Shown: positions 1 through 9,751, counted from the first letter of the stretch. The stretch: DNA of 64,000 nt from a virus (IMGVR_UViG_3300033121_002300:1-64000), one strand, 5' to 3'. Translations and numbers: made by a program. The notes: a model not told the origin generated them from the letters alone.

Positions 1-16
1 CTATGGGATAAAGAAT

Positions 17-319
17 TTGAAAATAATAATACGTAAACCAGAGGATACTTTAAAGAAAATGAAAGTGATAAAAAAAATATTTAAAAATATTAAATGCTTT
101 TGGGGTAGAAAATTTCCATTTGAAAACCATAATTTACATCAATTAGAATTAAATGCATACTTTTCAGATTATTTCGTGCAATTAAAATGTAGAAATTGCG
201 GTCAGAAATATACCTATAATAAGAACATTAGAGTAATCTTGCCTTGGGATCAAGGTTTTACTAAACATGTCCAGAAATTCTATCCAAACCATGAATATCT
301 TCAAAGGAATGAAAAATGA
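17..319 (+). CDS. hypothetical protein with one CxxC
   Basis: 100 aa ORF with LKCRNCGQKY; its stop overlaps the next ATG (ATGA). Confidence 0.6.
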   Translation: MKIIIRKPEDTLKKMKVIKKIFKNIKCFWGRKFPFENHNLHQLELNAYFSDYFVQLKCRNCGQKYTYNKNIRVILPWDQGFTKHVQKFYPNHEYLQRNEK

Positions 320-480
320 GGAAAAGAAATCAACCTAAAAAAGTAGTTTGCTCAACTTGCGGCAAGGAATTTGAAAAAACTCATATTTATACAAAAAACC
401 ATTACTGCACATCCGAGTGCGGTCAGAAAGGTAAAAGAAAAAATATTGAAAATTACTCCAAAAGAAAATATTTATTTTAA
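316..480 (+). CDS. small zinc-finger protein (54 aa), not in ORF track
   Basis: Hand translation MRKRNQPKKVVCSTCGKEFEKTHIYTKNHYCTSECGQKGKRK...; CxxC...CxxxC; ATGA overlap with the upstream ORF. Confidence 0.65.
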   Translation: MRKRNQPKKVVCSTCGKEFEKTHIYTKNHYCTSECGQKGKRKNIENYSKRKYLF

Positions 481-493
481 ATAAGGATAATTA

Positions 494-940
494 ATGGAAA
501 AATATAAATTATTGCATAACAAAACAATACAAAAACAAGGAGAAACCCTTTACAGAATTAAATCTTTAATTGATATAAAAGATAAAAAAGGAAATATCAT
601 AGTTAAAAAAGGAGACAAAGGAGGTTATGTTCAGCATCTGGGAAATCTTTCTCATGAAGATACCTGTTGGGTATATGACAATGCAATGGTATATCAAAGA
701 GCCCGAATTTACAGGCACTGTAAAGTAAAAGATGAAGCTGAGGTATCAGGAGATGCATTGTTACTGGTAGATGCCGTAATTAAAGGTAGAGCGAAAATAT
801 TTGGTTCAGCTAAAATTTTTTCTGGAGTTTGGACAACCGGACCTAAGATGTTAGTCTGTGACTGTGAAGCAACAATTGAAAGTGAATTAGGAGAATATTT
901 TGAAGAATACTCAAATAGCTTTAATAGAGAAACACGGTAG
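494..940 (+). CDS. phage protein with hexapeptide/left-handed beta-helix-like repeats
   Basis: LYRIKSL...KKGDKGGYV...NLS..TCWVYDNAMVYQRARIY..VKDEAEVSGDA pattern, typical of a widespread phage family. Confidence 0.6.
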   Translation: MEKYKLLHNKTIQKQGETLYRIKSLIDIKDKKGNIIVKKGDKGGYVQHLGNLSHEDTCWVYDNAMVYQRARIYRHCKVKDEAEVSGDALLLVDAVIKGRAKIFGSAKIFSGVWTTGPKMLVCDCEATIESELGEYFEEYSNSFNRETR

Positions 941-1859
941 CGATGAACTACCTAGACAAACAGATGGATTTCATGCTTACTGCGGTTTTTTAATGCTGGA
1001 CATAAAACCAGTATTAATTTCTTGGAAAGACATAAAAAATATTTCAAAAAAAGAGGATCTATTATTAAGAATAAATGCCTTAACAACTTGGGAAGAATTT
1101 AAAAGCCATCCAGAAGAAATAGTTGGGATCTATGGATGCGCTGACTTTACGAGAAAAATAATGAGCTTAATTGATATACCAATACCTCATCCGATTGATT
1201 ACAATATTTTACCAAATAGTAGAGCTCCAATTAAACTATACAATAACTTACCTGGCACTATTTTGGAGTATAATTATTTTGATAGAGCAATTTATCGAGA
1301 AAAAATAAAACAAATACCACGATTTTTATCAGCTAAAAAATGGCCCATATTTATAAAACCAGTAGAACATAAAAAATTTTTACCAACTATAATAAAAAAT
1401 CATGAAGACTATGTTAAGTTTATAGATTCTGAATCTAATAATATCTCAGATGAAACTGAATGCTGGATTCAAGATAAAAAAACATTCCAATCAGAATGGA
1501 GGTTTTATATCTTCAAGAAGCAAATAGTTGGCTGTGCAAATTATTTAGGAGATTGTACTTTTCTGCCAGATCCAGACTTTGTAAAAAGAATAATATCACA
1601 ATACGTAAGTCAACCAATAGCATTTACAATTGACATTGGGGTTATTAACAATGTAATGGTAACTAAATCCCTTCAAAATACAATATTTTCAGGTTCTCAA
1701 GCTAAACATTCAGTTGTAATTGAAGCTAATGATTTTATTCATATTGGAAATTATGGCGGGATACCAGATGAATTATTTGCGGAAATGTTAATGGCAAGAT
1801 TAAAACAATTAAGAGAAGAGGGAATTAAAAACATATGCAAGGACCAATTTATCAATTAA
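900..1859 (+). CDS. ATP-grasp domain protein (DUF4343/R2K-like)
   Basis: PIFIKP..KKF, FQSEWRFYI...IVG..NY, AFTIDIGV, VVIEAND..GNYG motifs; TTG start uncertain. Confidence 0.65.
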   Translation: MKNTQIALIEKHGSDELPRQTDGFHAYCGFLMLDIKPVLISWKDIKNISKKEDLLLRINALTTWEEFKSHPEEIVGIYGCADFTRKIMSLIDIPIPHPIDYNILPNSRAPIKLYNNLPGTILEYNYFDRAIYREKIKQIPRFLSAKKWPIFIKPVEHKKFLPTIIKNHEDYVKFIDSESNNISDETECWIQDKKTFQSEWRFYIFKKQIVGCANYLGDCTFLPDPDFVKRIISQYVSQPIAFTIDIGVINNVMVTKSLQNTIFSGSQAKHSVVIEANDFIHIGNYGGIPDELFAEMLMARLKQLREEGIKNICKDQFIN

Positions 1860-2317
1860 GCAACTTAGATGATTTAAATCAAGAAATAGATGCGGATTAT
1901 TTAACAAATCCAGATACCTTCCCTGATGTTTATGAAAAAATTATTACAGATTATATAACAAACCTTGAAGAATGGGAGAAAATTGATATTGAAAGTATTA
2001 TTAATTTATTTAGGAGTGATTTCTATTTATCAAAGAATAACCATTGGAGTGTTACTTTAAACAATAGGCATATAAAAACAATAGAAACCAGGATAAGAGA
2101 TTCTTTGATTAAGATTTCTGATATATGCGATCGAGCCATTATTTCTAATGGGGAATATAGTTCTATTCTATCTGAAATAAGAAAACATAGTCGTATTTGC
2201 GATTTGTATTTTATTATTAATGACAGAGTAGTTGATTTAGGTGAATTATTATCATATTTAAAACAAAATATCGGTAAGAAAATTTATATAATAAATCAAT
2301 TAAATTATCATAGGTAA
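1835..2317 (+). CDS. hypothetical protein
   Basis: 160 aa ORF coupled to the upstream gene. Confidence 0.6.
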   Translation: MQGPIYQLSNLDDLNQEIDADYLTNPDTFPDVYEKIITDYITNLEEWEKIDIESIINLFRSDFYLSKNNHWSVTLNNRHIKTIETRIRDSLIKISDICDRAIISNGEYSSILSEIRKHSRICDLYFIINDRVVDLGELLSYLKQNIGKKIYIINQLNYHR

Positions 2318-2365
2318 AATAAAACATTAATATTCGTTAAATTATGAAAATGGAGGAAAATAAAT

Positions 2366-2533
2366 ATGGACGATAACACAAAAGAAGAAATGTTAAAAGA
2401 ATTGAAAGAAATAAATAAAAGACAAAAAGAAAAAGACAGTATTCAATCCTTATCAACTATTATTGCAGCAATTATTGTTTTCTATTATATATTTTATGTG
2501 TTAAATTTCAGTTTGAAGGATTTTGGATTTTAA
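2366..2533 (+). CDS. small membrane protein (55 aa), not in ORF track
   Basis: GGAGG upstream; MDDNTKEEMLKELKEINKRQKEKDSIQSLSTIIAAIIVFYYIFYVLNFSLKDFGF with a C-terminal hydrophobic helix. Confidence 0.55.
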   Translation: MDDNTKEEMLKELKEINKRQKEKDSIQSLSTIIAAIIVFYYIFYVLNFSLKDFGF

Positions 2534-2536
2534 ATA

Positions 2537-2545
2537 TGATATAAT
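2537..2545 (+). promoter_or_regulatory. extended -10 promoter TGATATAAT upstream of ssb
   Basis: TGnTATAAT about 36 nt before the ATG; AGGAG RBS follows. Confidence 0.5.
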
Positions 2546-2581
2546 ATTTAAAACACATAAGATTAAGAATAGGAGTTTAAA

Positions 2582-3031
2582 ATGGCTTCAAACAACAGTA
2601 TTTCACTAATTGGAAGAATAGGGCAAACCCCTGAAGCAAAAAGAGTAGGAGCAGATCACGAAGTTGTTGATATTAGCATAGCAGTAAATCGTGGTTTTAA
2701 AGATGAAAATGGAGAATACATTAGCGACTGGGTGCCAATAAAAATATGGGACAAAAAAGCTGACTTCATTTTAAAATACGCCAAAAAGGGGAGCTTAATA
2801 GCTGTAAGTGGAACACTTAGGGTTGACAAATGGAACGATGATCATGGTAATAAAAAAAATAAGACTTATGTACAAGTTGAATCAGTGCAAGTTTTAGATA
2901 AAAAAGAAGAATCTGAGTCTGGTACTTCTAATAGGTCAAATTTTAATTCACCGTCAAAGAAAAGATCATCAACTTTAGATCAATTTGAAGACATGAGCGA
3001 TGAAGAAGCAGGATTTGTCCCGCCGTTTTAA
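2582..3031 (+). CDS. ssb: single-stranded DNA-binding protein
   Basis: N.I.LIGRIGQTPE, ISIAVNR, DWVPIKIWDK.A, KGSLIAVSG.LR OB-fold motifs; acidic tail ending in PPF. Confidence 0.95.
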   Translation: MASNNSISLIGRIGQTPEAKRVGADHEVVDISIAVNRGFKDENGEYISDWVPIKIWDKKADFILKYAKKGSLIAVSGTLRVDKWNDDHGNKKNKTYVQVESVQVLDKKEESESGTSNRSNFNSPSKKRSSTLDQFEDMSDEEAGFVPPF

Positions 3032-3112
3032 TAAAAATCCTGCAACTATATTTCTAATATATTAATACCTAAGAGGACAAAAAGGTTTTAATGGATTAAA
3101 TTTATTATTAAT

Positions 3113-3155
3113 AATAGGAGAGTTTGGATATTTCCAGAGCTCTCCTATTTTATTC
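3113..3155 (+). terminator. probable intrinsic terminator between ssb and nrdJ
   Basis: AATAGGAGAG(3113-22)...CTCTCCTATT(3140-49) stem with inner TGGA/TCCA, followed by a T-rich tract. Confidence 0.6.
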
Positions 3156-3182
3156 TGTGTATTATATTTTTTCAGGAGGATT

Positions 3183-5438
3183 ATGAATAATTCCAGCAAA
3201 ATTTTATCAAATGTAATTCATTATATGAAATATGCAGCTTATCTACCGGAAAGCAAAAGAAGGGAAACATTTGAAGAAACAGTTACTAGAAACAAGGAAA
3301 TGCATCAAAGAAAATTTCCTTATCTTAGTCAAAATATTGAAAGTATTTATAAAGATTTTGTTTACAATAAAAACTTTTTACCGGCAATGAGAATGCTACA
3401 GTTTTCAGGGAAAGCTATAGAAAAAAATAATGCAAGGGCATTTAATTGCTCCTACGCTCCAATAGATTATTACAAAGTTTTTTCAGAAGCAATGTTTCTT
3501 CTCTTATCTGGTGTTGGATTTGGTTATTCAGTGCAATTTCATCATGTAAATAAGTTGCCCAAGGTAATTAAACCCAGTAAAGAAAAAGCGTTTGTCATTC
3601 CAGATGAAATTGAAGGATGGGCAGATGCTGTAAATGAGCTAATGAAGGCTTTCTTTGGGCTAGGAGATTTACCTATATTTGATTTTAGTAAAATAAGGAA
3701 AAAAGGATCAAGATTAATAACAAGCGGAGGAAAAGCTCCCGGTCCAGAACCATTAAAAAAATGTCTTAAAAAAATACAAGAAGTATTAATTGAGATAGCT
3801 TCTAGGAATGAAGATAATTTAGGTACAGAAATTGAACCAATTGACTGCCATAGTATACTTTGCCACATTGCTGATGCTGTCTTAGCTGGAGGTATAAGAA
3901 GAGCTTCAATGATTGCCTTATTTTCATTTGATGATCATAAGATGAGAAATTGTAAGAGCGAAAAATGGTACGAGATAAATCCGCATTTTGCAAGAGCTAA
4001 TAATTCAGCTATTGCCGACTACAAAGAAATAACTGAGGGAATGTTTTTTGAGTTTTGGGAAGGGATTAAAAAAAATAAATCAGGAGAGCCTGGAATATAT
4101 TGGACCAATAATAAAAATATAGGAACAAATCCATGCTTTGCTAAAGATACTAAAATTCTTTCTGAAAACGGTTACGTTTCAATAGGTGATAATGTTGGAG
4201 TTATTAATTTAGTAAATAAAAATAATGAAATTGTTCCTGGTAAAATATGGTCAAATGGAATAAAAAAAATAATAAAATTAACAATGGATAATAAAGTCCA
4301 AATAAAATGCACTCCTGAGCATATTTTTTTAAAACAAAATGGAGGCGAAGTAAAAGCGATAGACTCTCTTTATGAAGAAATAAAGTCATTTACTGATAAT
4401 GTAAGTGTAAAAGTAATTAGAATAGATGATATAGCAGAACATGAAGAGGTATTCGATTTTTCATTGGATGATGATACTCACTGGGGTGTTGTTGAGGGAA
4501 TAATAGCTCATAATTGCGGGGAAGCGTCTTTGAGACCTTTTTCATTTTGCGATCTCGTTGAGATAAATGGTCATTTAATAGAAAACCAAGACCACTTTAA
4601 TAAAGTTTGCGTAGCAGCCTCATTTGTAAATACACTTCAAGCTGCTTACACGGACTTCACATACCTAAGGGATATCTGGAAAAAAACAACAGATGAAGAT
4701 GCTTTAATTGGAATAGGAATCACCGGTATTGCATCCGGCCGCCTTGAAAACATAAATCTATCTGAAGGGGCTAAGTTAGCAAAAGAAGAAAATATAAGAG
4801 TTTCGAAACTAATAGGAATAAATCCTGCAGCGAGAAGTTGTTTAATTAAACCCGGGGGGACTTCTTCTATTATTATGGAAACCACTTCTGGTATGAAAAA
4901 TTGGGAGTCTGAATATTTTATAAGAAGAGCTCGTGTAACAAAAACAGAGCCTATATACGCTTACTTAAAAGAAAAGTTACCAATGTTAATTGAGGATGAA
5001 TTTTATGATCCCGAAAATACAGCTGTCATAAATTTCCCTCAAAAAGCTCCGGAGAATGGAATATTAGACAGAGAAGTAAGAGCTCTTGATATGTTTAACA
5101 GAGTCAAAAGATTCAATCTTGAATGGATAAGACCGTCACATAACCACGGTGAAAACTTTCATAATGTATCAGCTACTGTTTACCTTCAAGATGATGAGTG
5201 GGATCAAGCCGGTTCATGGTTGTGGGAAAATAGAAATGACTACCATGGATTAACAGTGCTTCCGGTTGATAATAATTCTTATAAACAGCTACCATTTGAG
5301 CCATGTAGTAAAGAAGAATATGAAAGATTATCCCAACATTTAAATAATATTGATTTAACCGAGATATTTGAAGATGATGATTTAACTAATTTTAATGAAA
5401 TAATAGCTTGCTCTGGAGGGGCTTGTAATATTATTTAA
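3183..5438 (+). CDS. nrdJ: class II (B12-dependent) ribonucleotide reductase with mini-intein
   Basis: FNCS, GVGFG, GG.RRA.MI, GEPG, TNP|CGE (after intein removal), KPGGT and C-terminal CSGGAC; no ATP cone. Confidence 0.9.
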   Translation: MNNSSKILSNVIHYMKYAAYLPESKRRETFEETVTRNKEMHQRKFPYLSQNIESIYKDFVYNKNFLPAMRMLQFSGKAIEKNNARAFNCSYAPIDYYKVFSEAMFLLLSGVGFGYSVQFHHVNKLPKVIKPSKEKAFVIPDEIEGWADAVNELMKAFFGLGDLPIFDFSKIRKKGSRLITSGGKAPGPEPLKKCLKKIQEVLIEIASRNEDNLGTEIEPIDCHSILCHIADAVLAGGIRRASMIALFSFDDHKMRNCKSEKWYEINPHFARANNSAIADYKEITEGMFFEFWEGIKKNKSGEPGIYWTNNKNIGTNPCFAKDTKILSENGYVSIGDNVGVINLVNKNNEIVPGKIWSNGIKKIIKLTMDNKVQIKCTPEHIFLKQNGGEVKAIDSLYEEIKSFTDNVSVKVIRIDDIAEHEEVFDFSLDDDTHWGVVEGIIAHNCGEASLRPFSFCDLVEINGHLIENQDHFNKVCVAASFVNTLQAAYTDFTYLRDIWKKTTDEDALIGIGITGIASGRLENINLSEGAKLAKEENIRVSKLIGINPAARSCLIKPGGTSSIIMETTSGMKNWESEYFIRRARVTKTEPIYAYLKEKLPMLIEDEFYDPENTAVINFPQKAPENGILDREVRALDMFNRVKRFNLEWIRPSHNHGENFHNVSATVYLQDDEWDQAGSWLWENRNDYHGLTVLPVDNNSYKQLPFEPCSKEEYERLSQHLNNIDLTEIFEDDDLTNFNEIIACSGGACNII
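4134..4514 (+). mobile_element. 127 aa mini-intein in NrdJ (no endonuclease)
   Basis: CFAKDTKI (block A), CTPEH (B), VFDFSL (F), IAHN|C (G); inserted in NP|CGE. Confidence 0.9.
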
Positions 5439-5464
5439 AAAACAATGATAATGTTAAAAAAAAA

Positions 5465-5487
5465 TGTTAAAATAATCTTAGTATAAT
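5465..5487 (+). promoter_or_regulatory. promoter-like TGTTAAAAT and TATAAT before the tail-fibre module
   Basis: TGTTAAAAT at 5465-73 and TATAAT at 5482-87; the first motif recurs before other virion genes. Confidence 0.4.
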
Positions 5488-5505
5488 TAAAGAGTTTTAA
5501 ATGAA

Positions 5506-6015
5506 GTGGATATTTTTACCGAAAACCCATTAGCCCATGACTTTTATTTAATAAATAAAAGCACAAGGAATTTGGGTATTGATACTAAAATATTTTATCC
5601 AGAACAAATTACAACATTACGAGAACTTAGATTTAAGTTCTGTGACTTTAGAAGAGCTTATTATAGATCTTCCGAGGTTCAAGAATGGTTTAATAATGGC
5701 TGGATGGAGTTTTCTAGTATAAATGGGCTATCCCCTTTAAGATGTACAGATCCTGACTCAGTTAATTCTGGAGGAGGAGGAAGCTCTGATTTCAGTTTAT
5801 TGATTTATGATGAAGTACCAATTGGTTTTAAAAATGGGGTAAATATGGATTTTCTTACAGTTAATTTATATAGACCCCTTACACTTCAGATTTATAAAAA
5901 TGGACAAAAATTAACTAGAGATGGAGACTTTACTGAAACAGGAACAAATGGCTTTAATTTAGTTCGCCCACCAAAAAACACAGATATTCTAACGTGCGCT
6001 TATATTAAAGTTTAA
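5506..6015 (+). CDS. putative structural protein
   Basis: GTG start; C-terminal IYKNGQKL..DGDFTE.G..F.L..PP..TDIL domain shared with tail proteins in this window. Confidence 0.55.
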   Translation: MDIFTENPLAHDFYLINKSTRNLGIDTKIFYPEQITTLRELRFKFCDFRRAYYRSSEVQEWFNNGWMEFSSINGLSPLRCTDPDSVNSGGGGSSDFSLLIYDEVPIGFKNGVNMDFLTVNLYRPLTLQIYKNGQKLTRDGDFTETGTNGFNLVRPPKNTDILTCAYIKV

Positions 6016-6031
6016 GGAAGGAATAAAAAAA

Positions 6032-7099
6032 ATGGCAGAAACGTTATTAGATCTTGATGTGCAAGCTAGAGCTCAAGTATTTACATTTGGTGATACAAGC
6101 GCTGGTGGAGCCGCTGATATAACCTATGAAAAAGGCACCGGTAGTGCATCACAAGTAACAGTTCACAATAAGGGTTCTGAGACTATAGATGGAGATGTTG
6201 TAATTGGAGGAAATCTTACAGTAACAGGAGTTGTTGATACAGTAAATGCAACAAACACTGATGTTGCTGATAAGACTATATCTGTAAATAAAGGAGGGAC
6301 AACAGCCCTTGCGACTGGATCTGGAATAAAAGTCCTTGGTGATAAAGTTATCACTACAGATTTTGGAACTAACCCGACCTATATAACGCTAACTAATCAT
6401 GGACTATCAGTTAATCAAGGGATAAGTTTCACTGGGGTAGACGTACCAGCTCCATTAGTTACCGGAACCACATATTACGTTCAAAACGTTGTAGATGCAA
6501 ACAATTTTGAGGTTGCCTTGACTCAAAACGCAGTATCTCCTATAACATTAACCGATGATGGGACAGGGACAAGTAAAGTTGTTGGAGTGACCATTGCTCA
6601 AGTGTTATACAACCCTTCATCTGCTACAAATTTTCAAGTCGGAGACGGGGCAACTCAAGTTGACGTTGTTGGTAGAACTTCATCCCAAACTCTTACAAAT
6701 AAAACCATTAATGCTACAGACAACTCAATAACCGACACTTCTCAAGCGGCTGGTGATTTACTTAAAAATAATGGAACTAAATTTGTAAGATTTGCCATGG
6801 GAACAGCTCTTCAACAGCTAAGAGTTAATGCCGGTGGAACAGATCTTGAATACTTTACTCCAGCAGCATCTGCTATACACAGAAGAACTTCTATTGCCTC
6901 AGGCACTCAGAATGGAACAAATAAAGTATTTACAATAACAAATGCGTTAGGAGTTGACACTGACCAGGTATTTAAAAATGGTCAATTATTAACTCCCGGA
7001 GCTATAGATGCTGCTGACTATAACCTTTCCGGAACAACTCTAACATTTACGAGAGCGCCTAAAGCTAAAGATGTTATTACGATAATGGGAGCATACTAA
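6032..7099 (+). CDS. tail fibre/whisker-like structural protein
   Basis: T/G/V-rich; TNHGLSVNQGISF..VPAPLVTGTTYYVQNVVDANNFEVA beta-barrel; QTLTNKTI fibre motif; C-terminal VFKNGQLL..DY..SGTTLTF..AP domain. Confidence 0.7.
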   Translation: MAETLLDLDVQARAQVFTFGDTSAGGAADITYEKGTGSASQVTVHNKGSETIDGDVVIGGNLTVTGVVDTVNATNTDVADKTISVNKGGTTALATGSGIKVLGDKVITTDFGTNPTYITLTNHGLSVNQGISFTGVDVPAPLVTGTTYYVQNVVDANNFEVALTQNAVSPITLTDDGTGTSKVVGVTIAQVLYNPSSATNFQVGDGATQVDVVGRTSSQTLTNKTINATDNSITDTSQAAGDLLKNNGTKFVRFAMGTALQQLRVNAGGTDLEYFTPAASAIHRRTSIASGTQNGTNKVFTITNALGVDTDQVFKNGQLLTPGAIDAADYNLSGTTLTFTRAPKAKDVITIMGAY

Positions 7100-7112
7100 T
7101 TAGGTTTTAATA

Positions 7113-7436
7113 ATGCCAGAAACTCAAATTGACGGAGAGCAAATATTAGACCACTCTATTGAATTAGGGGTAGATACCTCAGGTGCTTTACCTACTGATC
7201 AGGGAGGGACAGGGTTATCTGTAGTAACCCCTAATTCTATTCTAATTACAGGAGAGGCATCTAACACTCCCTTTCGATCTTTTCCATTGGGTCCATCTGG
7301 CACTATTATAACCTCAAATGGAGAGGAACAACTTCCTGGTTTTATAGCAAATAGTATAAATAATTTTAATTTATTATTATCAAACTCTCTTGATTTATTA
7401 TTTAATAATGACTTGGAAATAATTGAACATGGGTAA
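7113..7436 (+). CDS. short tail-fibre-like protein
   Basis: GALPTDQGGTGLS fibre repeat, GPSGTIITSNG. Confidence 0.55.
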   Translation: MPETQIDGEQILDHSIELGVDTSGALPTDQGGTGLSVVTPNSILITGEASNTPFRSFPLGPSGTIITSNGEEQLPGFIANSINNFNLLLSNSLDLLFNNDLEIIEHG

Positions 7437-8037
7437 TAAATTTCATCAAAACTTAACCGATTCAGACGGTATTCATGAACCAAAAGGAATATCTACAGCA
7501 AACGCTGGATTTGTTTATGTTGCGAATGGTAATGGAGGTGGATCTTGGCAGTTATTAGATATTCCGGATTTATTGAATCCAAATATTGACTCTTTAAAAA
7601 ATTTAGATTACGTATCATTTTCAATTCTTACAATGATAGCTGAAAATACATTTGCTTTAGATACAGGAAACTGGAGAGCTAAATGTTATTCTCAATCAGC
7701 TGCAGGTAATATAACAACAACATCGTTGACCCCTGTACTTGCAACAGGAATGTCTAAGATACCTCCTGCTGGAACATATCTTTGCTTATTTATGACAGAT
7801 GTTACAAATAGCAATGCCGGAAGAATTGTAAAAATATCTTTATACAAAAATGATGCAATTTCTGGTAATTCAGAAAGAACCTTTGTAAATGGCAACGCAT
7901 CAGATCGCTCAACAGCAGTAACAATGGATATTATCTCTTGTAACGGAACAGATGAAGTAAGGGCAATGTGGAATGTAAGTGCTAATACAGGTACTATGGG
8001 AAATAGGATATTAGCTTTATTAAAGGTTGAACCATGA
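7429..8037 (+). CDS. putative tail fibre/receptor-binding protein
   Basis: IHEPKGISTANAGFVYVANGNGGGSW N-terminus; C-terminal C1q/BclA-like beta-sandwich pattern (GTYL..F.......ISLYKN...CNGTDEV). Confidence 0.5.
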   Translation: MGNKFHQNLTDSDGIHEPKGISTANAGFVYVANGNGGGSWQLLDIPDLLNPNIDSLKNLDYVSFSILTMIAENTFALDTGNWRAKCYSQSAAGNITTTSLTPVLATGMSKIPPAGTYLCLFMTDVTNSNAGRIVKISLYKNDAISGNSERTFVNGNASDRSTAVTMDIISCNGTDEVRAMWNVSANTGTMGNRILALLKVEP

Positions 8038-8849
8038 TAATAACATATCAAATAAATCAATTCAATAATGGAATAAATCTTGATAATCTTCAATTATCAA
8101 TAAAATCTAATCCTGGATTAGATAGTAAATATGCTCATTGCGGAGGAGAAAATGTTGGAACAGAAAATGAAATAATAAATATTCACTTCAATAACGAGTT
8201 GACTGAACAGGAATTATCTGATTTAGAACAAATTAGGTTAAATCATGATTCATCTCCATTAGTGTATGTATTGACTAATAAGCAGCAAGATCCTAGAGAA
8301 CTAGATTATGACATAATGGATTGCGTAAAAAAAAGAATATTAGGAACCGGAGACCATAAAGGAGAATTAAGAGAAATTGAATACTATAAAAATTACAATG
8401 TTCAAACAAATACATTTTCAAACTTAGCTGTAAAAGAAAGAAGAAGGTATATAAGGCAACCTATCACCGGATTAGTTATGTATAGACTAACCGATATTGA
8501 CTGGTATATGTCGAACGGAAGTATTGGTGTTTCTAAAAATAATATAATGAAAGTTTATTCATTTAATGAGGCTAGAATTGAAATGCAATCTAGGCGCTCA
8601 AACATAATTAATGATGTTGAAGCTTATTTACTTTATTATCAATCTCAAAATTATGGAGAGCAAGGATTAATGAACTCATTAACTCTTTTGGCTTCATTAA
8701 AGCCATATAAAGAATTATACATTGACAGCGTTGGTCAACCGTTGCTTGATGCTATAAATTCAAGTAATTATAATTTTATGGATCAGATTTTAAAAGATAC
8801 AATGTGTACGATGTTAACATACGATCCAAATGCAACGGATATTCCATAA
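8034..8849 (+). CDS. hypothetical protein, probably structural
   Basis: 271 aa, ATGA-coupled within the fibre module. Confidence 0.5.
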   Translation: MIITYQINQFNNGINLDNLQLSIKSNPGLDSKYAHCGGENVGTENEIINIHFNNELTEQELSDLEQIRLNHDSSPLVYVLTNKQQDPRELDYDIMDCVKKRILGTGDHKGELREIEYYKNYNVQTNTFSNLAVKERRRYIRQPITGLVMYRLTDIDWYMSNGSIGVSKNNIMKVYSFNEARIEMQSRRSNIINDVEAYLLYYQSQNYGEQGLMNSLTLLASLKPYKELYIDSVGQPLLDAINSSNYNFMDQILKDTMCTMLTYDPNATDIP

Positions 8850-9649
8850 TGTTAATTTTAAAACAAAAAAATATTAATTTAGTATTACCGGGTTCAGGTA
8901 CCTTGTTTCCTTATTATGCAGGATTGTATCATTACCTTACTGACTTTAATTTTAAAATAGATAAATTAATTGGGGTATCCGGCGGATCTGGAATGGGTGC
9001 AGCTATAGCTTCCGGTATAAAATCAGATGAGTTGAATAATATTTTAGAAAACTTAGATTTCCCAAAATTAAAAGATTTAAACTTAGATATATTTAATGGT
9101 TTTGGATTAATAAAAGGAGATGAGATACATTCCTTTTTAAAAGAAATTTTACCGAAAAATTTTTCCGACTTAAAGATACCATCAGTTTTTGTTACTACAA
9201 AAATAAGGACACAAGAAACTGTTTACTGGAATTATACTAATAGCAACGGAATTGATTTACCTTTAATAATAAGAGCCTCAATGAGTATCCCTTTTGTATT
9301 TAATTATGTGAAAATAAACAATGAAATTCATGGGGATGGTGGAATGAAAAGAAATAATCCAATATCTTTTTTTGGTAATACCAGTAAAACAATTTCATTT
9401 AAAACACTTCCATTTCAAGTTAAAGAAGAGCCTAGAAATTTTGGAGAATATTCCGGATGCATAGCAAATTGCCTAACATTTGACAATGAGGAAAATGATA
9501 TTAATAGCGCACCAAAAGCCAACTTAATTACAGTTGAAAGTCAATATAACAACATTGATTTTTCATTCAATAAAGAAATTATAAGAAATATGATAAGAGA
9601 TGGATACAACTCGGCTTACGAATATTTTAAAAGAAATCCATTTAAATAA
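8849..9649 (+). CDS. patatin-like phospholipase
   Basis: LVLPGSG oxyanion loop, GVSGG (GxSxG), IIRASMSIPFVF and DGG; start moved to the TAATG overlap at 8849. Confidence 0.9.
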   Translation: MLILKQKNINLVLPGSGTLFPYYAGLYHYLTDFNFKIDKLIGVSGGSGMGAAIASGIKSDELNNILENLDFPKLKDLNLDIFNGFGLIKGDEIHSFLKEILPKNFSDLKIPSVFVTTKIRTQETVYWNYTNSNGIDLPLIIRASMSIPFVFNYVKINNEIHGDGGMKRNNPISFFGNTSKTISFKTLPFQVKEEPRNFGEYSGCIANCLTFDNEENDINSAPKANLITVESQYNNIDFSFNKEIIRNMIRDGYNSAYEYFKRNPFK

Positions 9650-9676
9650 ATTTTTATTCTGAAATCTACCAGCGAT

Positions 9677-9706
9677 AACCCCTTTATGTAAGGGGTTTTA
9701 TTTTTT
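9677..9706 (+). terminator. intrinsic terminator
   Basis: AACCCCTT-tatgt-AAGGGGTT followed by TTATTTTTT. Confidence 0.75.
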
Positions 9707-9751
9707 GAATAAAATGATTATAATTACAATATACACACGGAGGAAATTATT

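Noticed and set aside
3008-3043. GCAGGATTT/AAATCCTGC inverted repeat over the ssb stop
   Set aside because: Long loop and no U-tract; the downstream hairpin at 3113 is the better terminator.
3032-3182. Possible cobalamin riboswitch upstream of B12-dependent nrdJ
   Set aside because: Only ~150 nt of AT-rich DNA with one terminator-like hairpin; no B12-box or other riboswitch consensus seen.
3542-4885. Several minus-strand ORFs inside nrdJ (also those inside RNAP, sheath, portal and helicase)
   Set aside because: Shadow ORFs opposite strongly supported genes, with no motifs or RBS, unlike the same-strand nested nuclease.
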